Positions 29,940 to 36,451 of a stretch of 64,000 nt of DNA are shown here, piece after piece; position 1 is the first letter of the stretch; every line of letters begins with the position of its first letter. Source of the DNA: a bacterium BMS3Bbin05 (lineage in GTDB: Bacteria > Nitrospirota > Thermodesulfovibrionia > Thermodesulfovibrionales > BMS3Bbin05). The stretch lies in the NCBI GenBank assembly GCA_002897855.1, contig BDTO01000020.1, positions 4,254 through 68,253 on the forward strand, in the 5' to 3' direction. A program made the translations under genes and the position numbers. The notes under the pieces were generated by a model that did not search any database, was not told the DNA's origin, and worked only from the letters and a program-made list of their open reading frames with translations.

Positions 29940-30252
29940 TAAATAGAGTCTGTGTATAAATTACCATTTTTTATTTTTGTCTGCTCGAAATCTGTAATCC
30001 GGCAGCCGGAACTTGTTGAAAAGAATAGATTCCGGCTTTAAGGACTGCCGGAATGACAGCCGGAACTTGTTGAAAAGAATAGATTCCGGCTTAAGGACTG
30101 CCGGAATGACAGCCGGAACTTGTTGAAAAGAATAGATTCCGGCTTTAAGGACTGCCGGAATGACAGCCGGAACTTGTTGAAAAGAATAGATTCCCCGACT
30201 ACGTCGGGAAATGACGGATAGAGGGACTGTCTTTATGGACAGACTCTAAATA
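29940..30252 (+). mobile_element. MITE-like element, family A copy 2 (core 29946-30246) with internal tandem amplification
   Basis: TIRs GAGTCTGTGTATAAA / TTTATGGACAGACTC. TAAATA on both flanks. Collinear with copies 1 and 3 apart from the amplified module. Confidence 0.75.
30004..30195 (+). repeat. 53-54 bp tandem repeat, about 3.6 units, inside family A copy 2
   Basis: The unit AGCCGGAACTTGTTGAAAAGAATAGATTCCGGCTT(T)AAGGACTGCCGGAATGAC is repeated head to tail. It is single-copy in the other two elements. Confidence 0.9.
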
Positions 30253-30254
30253 GT

Positions 30255-30448
30255 CTGTTGCCCAAACAGAAAAAAGTCCTTACTGTCATTCTGAACTTGA
30301 TTCAGAATCTAATAAAAAATAATGAGGTACGAGACGAGACCCTGAAACAAGTTCAGGGTGACAATAAACAAGTTCAGGGTGACAATAAACAAGTTCAGGG
30401 TGACAATAAACAAGTTCAGGGGTGGACAATTTATGGTTTTGGCAACAG
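30255..30448. repeat. inverted-repeat-bounded segment, family B copy 1 (CTGTTGCCCAAA ... TTTGGCAACAG)
   Basis: Aligns end to end with the reverse complement of 42921-43045, apart from the 21-bp tandem expansion. Confidence 0.8.
30348..30430 (+). repeat. 21-bp tandem repeat CAAGTTCAGGGTGACAATAAA, 3 full units plus a degenerate fourth
   Basis: Read directly from the sequence. The unit is single-copy in the homologous segment at 42921-43045. Confidence 0.9.
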
Positions 30449-30532
30449 CCCGTTAAAAACAGTTTTTTCTTTTTCATTAAAGAGTTATGTGCTTTGACTA
30501 CTGATTTTTTGGGGAACTCCTGAATTTCTGAA
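30449..30532 (+). repeat. 84-bp module shared in direct orientation with 43046-43129
   Basis: CCCGTTAAAAACAGTTT...CATTAAAGAGTTATGTGCT...GGGGAACTCCTG is near-identical at both loci. Confidence 0.8.
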
Positions 30533-30541
30533 TTCTTTATC

Positions 30542-30569
30542 TTGATTTAGAAGCATGACATCATATAGT
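30542..30569 (+). promoter_or_regulatory. candidate promoter, TTGATT-16-TATAGT, upstream of the Rieske/cyt b operon
   Basis: TTGATT at 30542-30547 and TATAGT at 30564-30569, about 110 nt before the first cytochrome start. Confidence 0.35.
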
Positions 30570-30679
30570 ATAGTACGTTGCATATCTGCTATTCTTTATA
30601 TTTTCCGGCAGTGGTTCGCCGTAAAAAAATATATAAGGTGTGGATCTATATTATCGGATTTTTGATTGGACGGTTTGAA

Positions 30680-31492
30680 ATGATATATAAAATTCATGGT
30701 TTTGCACGTGCTTTGATTATGAACATTCAAAAGATATCATTGATAAATGAAGAAGCGATTATAAACAGGAAAGAATATATACTTCTTGTATTTGCGGCAA
30801 TTCTGTTCATTGTTTATCCAGTCAATGCACATGCAGATAAAACCTCCATTGCCTGTATAGTCTGCCACGAATCACTGGGAGGTGAGCTTGCAAAACCTGT
30901 TTCATCGTGGAAAGGTTCGGTACATCAACAGAATGGAATTACATGTGATTATTGCCATGGTGGAGACACAAGTGTTAACCTCGGGAATATAAAAGAACTC
31001 TCTCAGGAACAGTTTGCCGCCAAGCAGGCTCTCGCAATGTCAAAATCTCACGGCTTTATCGGCAAGCCTGTCGGGAAGGCCATGTTTGATATGTGCAGGC
31101 AGTGTCACAGCGCATCTGTTGAAAGATATGAAAACAGTATTATGGGAAAGGCGTATCTTGGCAACAAGGGCGGGCCCTCGTGTGTTGTTTGCCATAATGC
31201 CCATAATAATACTATGCCGGATGTCACAAAGGTATGTGAGAGATGTCATAAGGATACAACCGGCTTTGACCGGATAGACCCCATGGATGTGAACGAAACA
31301 ACTATCAACGAGCTTTCAGGGATAAGGATAAAACTCGCCGAGAGGAAGGCAAAAGGTAGTGAACCGTCGTTTCTCCCTGAATTTCCTGAAGAACTTGGCT
31401 CATTTCAAATTGGGTTTGTAGCGTTCGGCGCCGTTATTGTTTTATTCATCATCGGTTATATTATTTATATGATATTGGAAAAAAGGAGGTAA
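30680..31492 (+). CDS. pentaheme c-type cytochrome with N-terminal signal/anchor and C-terminal TM helix (alternative start 30719)
   Basis: Five CxxCH motifs (CIVCH, CDYCH, CRQCH, CVVCH, CERCH). C-terminal hydrophobic helix. Paralogous to 33650-34411. Confidence 0.85.
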   Translation: MIYKIHGFARALIMNIQKISLINEEAIINRKEYILLVFAAILFIVYPVNAHADKTSIACIVCHESLGGELAKPVSSWKGSVHQQNGITCDYCHGGDTSVNLGNIKELSQEQFAAKQALAMSKSHGFIGKPVGKAMFDMCRQCHSASVERYENSIMGKAYLGNKGGPSCVVCHNAHNNTMPDVTKVCERCHKDTTGFDRIDPMDVNETTINELSGIRIKLAERKAKGSEPSFLPEFPEELGSFQIGFVAFGAVIVLFIIGYIIYMILEKRR

Positions 31493-31493
31493 T

Positions 31494-31757
31494 ATGAGCT
31501 TTGATGTTTTACAGGAGAAGAAACCCTCATATTCAATATCTGCCATGATCGTAATTGTTTTTCTCGCCGCTATACTCCTCGGTATAGGAATTGCCTTTGC
31601 CTATCTCCTTATATCAGGTAAAGGCAATGATTACATAATGGGCACGCTGCTGGCTTTTGTGTTTCTTATTGCAGGCATCGAGGTAGTTCTCTATGCAAGG
31701 TACTTTGTTGCATTTCGAGAAGTATCCGAGGACCGTGAGGAGGAGTTATTATGGTAA
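31494..31757 (+). CDS. 87-aa two-TM membrane protein, putative accessory subunit
   Basis: GGAGG lies 5 nt upstream. The stop overlaps the Rieske ATG. Two hydrophobic helices and an acidic tail. Confidence 0.65.
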   Translation: MSFDVLQEKKPSYSISAMIVIVFLAAILLGIGIAFAYLLISGKGNDYIMGTLLAFVFLIAGIEVVLYARYFVAFREVSEDREEELLW

Positions 31758-32365
31758 AAGGAGCCCCCGGTAATAAGGGAGATAAAACAGGTATAACACG
31801 AAGGCGGTTCACTCTCGGCATAGTCATCGCGTCTATTGTGGGTGCGTTCGGATCTCTCTTTTCGCTCCTTAAGGTTTTGTCCCCCGCAAAGGAAGGTGGG
31901 GGGTATATAACAACCATTAAGCCCGGGGACAGGCTTGTTTTTGCAAAAGGCGGTAAAGTGGGAGCTAATATAATGGTGTCATCTTTAAATGTCGGTGATG
32001 CAGTACTTGCTTATCCTGAGGGTAAATCATCGAATCCCGCAAACCTTGTCCAGTTAATTAAATTGAAAGAAACGGACTTTAAGCCTCCCACCGACATTGA
32101 TCTTACGGATAAGGGCTTTGTAGCCTATAGCGCAATATGTACGCATCTTGGATGTACTGTTTCCTGGGTTAAAAATAAGAAATCGCCCGATGTATCTTAC
32201 ACAGAGTGTTTCTGTCATAACAGCATATTTGATCCGGCACGAGGAGCAAAGGTCATGGGCGGCCCGGCGCCAATTCCTCTTTCACAGATAGGCGTCAAAG
32301 TAAAAAATGACGGGACAGTTGTTTTTACAAGCGATTTTCAGGGTCCCATAGGACCGCAAGTATAA
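31751..32365 (+). CDS. Rieske 2Fe-2S protein with twin-arginine signal
   Basis: TRRRFTLG Tat motif; CTHLGC and CFCHNS cluster-binding boxes. Confidence 0.92.
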   Translation: MVKGAPGNKGDKTGITRRRFTLGIVIASIVGAFGSLFSLLKVLSPAKEGGGYITTIKPGDRLVFAKGGKVGANIMVSSLNVGDAVLAYPEGKSSNPANLVQLIKLKETDFKPPTDIDLTDKGFVAYSAICTHLGCTVSWVKNKKSPDVSYTECFCHNSIFDPARGAKVMGGPAPIPLSQIGVKVKNDGTVVFTSDFQGPIGPQV

Positions 32366-32403
32366 TGCGGCGAGGATAGGCGAGGATAGGCGAGGATAAT
32401 AGA

Positions 32404-33663
32404 ATGATCTATAAATGGTTTGATGAAAGGCTGGAGCTTAAAAAATTCAAGGATAAATTCCTGTCCAAGACTTTTCCGACGCATCCGACGTTTTTACTTG
32501 GAGAGATAGCACTGTTTTCCTTTATCACGCTTGTTGTAACGGGTATCTTTCTCGGATTTCTTTACGAGCCTTCAACTAAAATGGTTTCTTTATTCGGTGC
32601 AATGGTCCCGTCAGCCTACGCGAGCGTGGTAAGGATAGACCTGCTCCCGATGGGCATGATCATAAGACGCATACATCACTGGTCGGCTATGATAATGATA
32701 GCCGCCATTCTTGTCCATCTGATGAGGGTTTATTTTACATCATCATACAGGAAGCCGAGGGAGATCAACTGGCTTGTAGGACTCAGCCTATGGAGTATCG
32801 CAATGGGTGCGGCATTTACAGGTTATTTACTGCCCTACAGTCAATTCTCAGTGACGGCTACATCAATTGCATATTATATGGCGAAGTCGGTACCGTGGAT
32901 TGGAGACTGGGTTTCAAGACTGTTATTTGCAGGAGATTTTCCTTCGAGTGCGACTGTTCCCCGCTTCTTCTTTATGCATGTCATGTTAATCCCGATAGTG
33001 CTTATAAGCCTCATCAGCCTTCATATGGTAATACTGATAAAGCAGAAGCACACGGAACCCGGCTCCAATAGAGATAAAAAAGAAGCACAGGGAGGTAAGA
33101 GGCTTATTGGTATCCCTATCTGGCCTGAACAAAGTATCATCAGCATATCGTTTTATTTTTTTCTGTTATTTATAGTTGTTCTGGTCGCAACTTATATACC
33201 GCTGAACCCTATAGAGAACTATGGCCCGCCTTCTCCGGGAACACCCGTTATGCGGCCTGACTGGTATTTTCTTATTGTGTACGGGTTTTTGAAATTAGTG
33301 CCGGGTGATCTGTCATTTTCTATTCTGGGGGCGAAGATTACGCCCGAAACCATTGGCGGCGTTATCTTCCCGACATTTTCGATCCTTGTCTTCGCATTGA
33401 TACCTTTTCTTGACAGGGCGAAAGAACCTCACAACTATATTGAAAGTCCGCTTAACAGGCCCTTCATGACATCATTCGGTCTTGGAGGCGGTGTTTTTCT
33501 CTGTATGCTTGTGGTTGCCGGCTATATAGATGTACTTCATATTACACCAAATGAAATGACAGCCTATACAGTCATTGCAAGCCTGGCGGCGTGGGGTATT
33601 CCGTATGTGCTGTTACGCAGTTACAACAGGAAAAGAAAGGGAGGTAGGAATGTCAAAAATTGA
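32404..33663 (+). CDS. cytochrome b (fused b6 plus subunit IV type, with extra C-terminal helices)
   Basis: His pairs in RRIHHW...LVHLMR and FFFMHV...SLHMV, and a PDWYF motif. 419 aa, no CxxCH. Confidence 0.92.
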   Translation: MIYKWFDERLELKKFKDKFLSKTFPTHPTFLLGEIALFSFITLVVTGIFLGFLYEPSTKMVSLFGAMVPSAYASVVRIDLLPMGMIIRRIHHWSAMIMIAAILVHLMRVYFTSSYRKPREINWLVGLSLWSIAMGAAFTGYLLPYSQFSVTATSIAYYMAKSVPWIGDWVSRLLFAGDFPSSATVPRFFFMHVMLIPIVLISLISLHMVILIKQKHTEPGSNRDKKEAQGGKRLIGIPIWPEQSIISISFYFFLLFIVVLVATYIPLNPIENYGPPSPGTPVMRPDWYFLIVYGFLKLVPGDLSFSILGAKITPETIGGVIFPTFSILVFALIPFLDRAKEPHNYIESPLNRPFMTSFGLGGGVFLCMLVVAGYIDVLHITPNEMTAYTVIASLAAWGIPYVLLRSYNRKRKGGRNVKN

Positions 33664-34411
33664 TCGTATCATGGTTTTATTTATATTAAGCTGTATATTC
33701 CTTTTCCCTGCATTGACGCATGCAGACAAGGATAAAAAGATGGAGAATTCCTGTGTTACCTGCCATTCAAAGCTCACGGGCAAAAGTTTTGTAGGGGTAA
33801 AATCACATGACTGGAAAGGGTCGGTGCACCAGAAACATGGTGTAACATGTGATAAATGTCATGGCGGTAATCCTGCTGTCGCAAACAAGAAAAAGGCACA
33901 TAAAGGTGTTTTGGGCTCGAGCAATCGGCAAAGCAGGGTTTACTATAAAAATATACCGTCAACATGCGGTAAGTGTCATGGTGCCGAGTATTATAAGTTT
34001 ACTCAGAGCTACCATTTCAAAAAACTTGAGGCAACGGGCAGGGGCCCTGATTGCGTAACATGTCATGGCTCAATGGTTACAAATATCTTAACCCCTAATG
34101 ATATTGCAAACGTATGCGGGAGATGCCACAATAAAAGAATAGGTTTGTTCCCGTACGTACCGCAAAAGGCAAAAGCGGTATTGCTTTTACTGAGGGAGAG
34201 CAAGGCCCTGTTTGATGCGGACAGGAAGCTTTATCGTCCTGCTAAAGGTTCCATGAAAGCATTTCATATGCAAAATGCCCGGTCATCTCTATACTCTGCA
34301 AAGCTGGATTGGCACAAATTCGACCTCGACTCTATTACAGGGCACCTGGAAGACATGTTCAATTCTCTCAAAAAATTGTCCCGGAATAAGCGTCCCACAT
34401 CATATAAATAG
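33650..34411 (+). CDS. pentaheme c-type cytochrome (periplasmic, N-terminal signal)
   Basis: Five CxxCH motifs. GGGAGG precedes the ATG at 33650, which overlaps the cyt b end by 14 nt. Shares WKGSVHQ..G.TCD.CHGG with 30680-31492. Confidence 0.88.
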   Translation: MSKIDRIMVLFILSCIFLFPALTHADKDKKMENSCVTCHSKLTGKSFVGVKSHDWKGSVHQKHGVTCDKCHGGNPAVANKKKAHKGVLGSSNRQSRVYYKNIPSTCGKCHGAEYYKFTQSYHFKKLEATGRGPDCVTCHGSMVTNILTPNDIANVCGRCHNKRIGLFPYVPQKAKAVLLLLRESKALFDADRKLYRPAKGSMKAFHMQNARSSLYSAKLDWHKFDLDSITGHLEDMFNSLKKLSRNKRPTSYK

Positions 34412-34869
34412 TAGAGTTGCTCGGCGCTTCGAAGAAAGGCACAGGGTCTGTTTAAATGAACAATCCCGGCGATACATTGAATTCAACATTCGCCCCTTCT
34501 GGTTGCCTCCTCCTGAATTTATGAAGCGATGCGAAGAAGGTGCATGGCTTTTATGTGATTGCATCTGCGGGTTTTAACTTTTTTGATTTTGGTTGCATCT
34601 TAGAAGGTTGCGGTGCGTCCTGATGAGGGTCTTTTGAAGGCGGAAGAGGCATTCTGCCGGGTATTCCGTTGAACGATGAGACCTGAATGCACTTTTTAAA
34701 ACGGCGCAATCTTTAAAAAGCGCTTTTCCGTGCCTTAAGACGAAGACCGGTTAACTCTATCGGCAGATTTGGGATCTTTTAACTGATTGACAAAAGCGCA
34801 TTTAATTGGTCAGAATATTAAAAGTTAAAATAACTGATAATATATATATATAATGCCGGAGGTTAGCAA

Positions 34870-35067
34870 ATGCCTATATATGAATATATATGCAACAAAT
34901 GCGGTAGACAGTTTTCAATATTGCAATCCGTAGGGAGTACGGAAAAAGATACAAGATGTTCGGAATGCGGCTCGGATAAAGTGCAGAAGGTCATTTCTGC
35001 ATTCTCATGCTGCTCGGCTATGTCACAGGATTCGTCAACCGGATCGAGTTTCAGTGGTGGTACCTGA
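34870..35067 (+). CDS. FmdB-family zinc-ribbon protein
   Basis: MPIYEYIC..CG..F, then C.ECGS. GGAGG upstream. Confidence 0.85.
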   Translation: MPIYEYICNKCGRQFSILQSVGSTEKDTRCSECGSDKVQKVISAFSCCSAMSQDSSTGSSFSGGT

Positions 35068-35163
35068 GGTGTTTCTTCCTGTTAGGCCGTGGGCTTAATG
35101 TCTAATTTCATTTATAACCCAGCATAATTTATTGTGTCGGTTTTTTTGTTTTAATAAAAAACC

Positions 35164-35192
35164 TTGACTTTTTCACCTGTTAGTAATAAAAT
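35164..35192 (+). promoter_or_regulatory. candidate promoter, TTGACT-17-TAAAAT
   Basis: TTGACT at 35164-35169 and TAAAAT at 35187-35192, 28 nt upstream of the response-regulator ATG. Confidence 0.45.
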
Positions 35193-35219
35193 TTTGCTAA
35201 ATAACTTTAGAGGTGATAT

Positions 35220-36350
35220 ATGGCTAAGAAACTCCTTTTAGCGGATGACAGCATAACAATTCAGAAGGTAGTAGAGCTTGTTCTTTCAGATGAGGATTTT
35301 CAGATAAAGACTGTTGGTAACGGAATGGATGCTAAGGATCAGATGGAAATATTCAAGCCCGATATTGTCCTTGCAGATATCGAAATGCCCGAGTTGAATG
35401 GATATCAGCTGTGTGAACAGATAAAGAAAAACAGCGCTACCGCTCATATTCCTGTAATGTTGCTTGCAGGTGCCTTTGAGCCCCTTGATGAGGAACTTGC
35501 AAAGAGTGTAGGCGCTGACGACTTTATAATCAAGCCTTTTGAATCACAGGAGTTGATAAGCAAGATAAATGCCATTATGACTTCTGCGGGAATTGAGGAG
35601 GAGGCTGTTGAGGTGGGAGTCGGTGATGAAGATTCGGACATTCAGGGTGAAGCCTCAGTGGTTTCCGAAGAAGTGCCGGAAGAGGCGGAACCGGTGGAGG
35701 CGCTTGCAGCATCAGAGGCTGTTGATGAGGATCTTTGGGTGATGGATGATACCGGGCCGGGTGGTGATGAATCCGACATCTGGAAACTGGATGAAGAAAC
35801 CGCCATTGCTTCAGGCGCTGACGAATTGAAGACGGCTGAAGAGTCCGTTGTTGAGGCTGAAAGTGCTGTTTCTCCTGAAATCCCGACTGGAGAATCGACT
35901 TATGAAATTCCCGGTGCCGAAGAACCTTTACCTGAAAAGCCTTTTGAAGCAAAAGAAGTTCGGGAAACTCCTGAAGCACCCGGGGAAGTTGCGTCTGTGC
36001 CGGTTGAAGAGCCTTTGGCTGTAAGCATGCCGGAGATTAAGGCTCCGTCGAAAGAGGAAATAAGCAATATGATCAGAGAGTCCGTGGACAACAGGATTGG
36101 TCTTGCTGTTGAGAAAATTAACATTGAAAACATATTGTCCGGGACATTATCACCTGTTCTCGGGGATTCCCTCGAAAAGATGATAAATGAGCAGGTACCG
36201 GGGCTTTTGCAGAAAAGTCTTGATAGCATAATGCAGGATTCACTTTCTTCGATAAATAGCCGGATTGAGAAAATCATATGGGAAACCGTACCCGACCTGG
36301 CGGAGAATTTGATCAGAAAAGAAATAGAAAAAATAAAATCTGAAATTTAA
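35220..36350 (+). CDS. CheY-like response regulator with acidic low-complexity linker and an unassigned C-terminal helical domain
   Basis: Receiver motifs (LLADDS, DIVLADIEMP, KPF). About 160 aa is rich in E/D/A/V/P. The C-terminus contains IIWETVPDLAENLIRKEIEKIK. Confidence 0.85.
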   Translation: MAKKLLLADDSITIQKVVELVLSDEDFQIKTVGNGMDAKDQMEIFKPDIVLADIEMPELNGYQLCEQIKKNSATAHIPVMLLAGAFEPLDEELAKSVGADDFIIKPFESQELISKINAIMTSAGIEEEAVEVGVGDEDSDIQGEASVVSEEVPEEAEPVEALAASEAVDEDLWVMDDTGPGGDESDIWKLDEETAIASGADELKTAEESVVEAESAVSPEIPTGESTYEIPGAEEPLPEKPFEAKEVRETPEAPGEVASVPVEEPLAVSMPEIKAPSKEEISNMIRESVDNRIGLAVEKINIENILSGTLSPVLGDSLEKMINEQVPGLLQKSLDSIMQDSLSSINSRIEKIIWETVPDLAENLIRKEIEKIKSEI

Positions 36351-36379
36351 TCCATAATACAAATATCTTATACTATCGG

Positions 36380-36408
36380 GCAAGCCTTTCGAGGCTTGCT
36401 TTGTGTTG
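36380..36408 (+). terminator. intrinsic terminator after the response regulator gene
   Basis: Stem GCAAGCCT/AGGCTTGC with a TTCG loop, followed by TTTGTGTTGT. Confidence 0.55.
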
Positions 36409-36451
36409 TATGGTGTCAGAAACTGTTATGGCAGATAAGATGAAAAGGAAT

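Noticed and set aside
30004-30195. Regularly spaced 53-54 bp repeats that could be mistaken for a CRISPR array
   Set aside because: The units are directly adjacent with no unique spacers. They belong to an internal module of a TIR element, and no cas genes are present.
30258-30497. Listed ORFs 30258-30497 (+) and 30286-30477 (-) with reiterated KQVQGDN / HPELVYC peptides
   Set aside because: Both are read through the 21-bp tandem repeat and the hairpin modules. The periodic peptide is a by-product of DNA repeats, and there is no SD.
34275-34577. 100-aa ORF overlapping the end of the second pentaheme cytochrome
   Set aside because: It is out of frame with a well-supported gene, has no SD and has no recognisable motif.
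34620-34627. CTGATGAG resembling the hammerhead ribozyme core, in the 458-bp cytochrome-FmdB spacer
   Set aside because: No complementary stem II, no GAAA box and no cleavage-site helix could be drawn. It looks like a chance heptamer.
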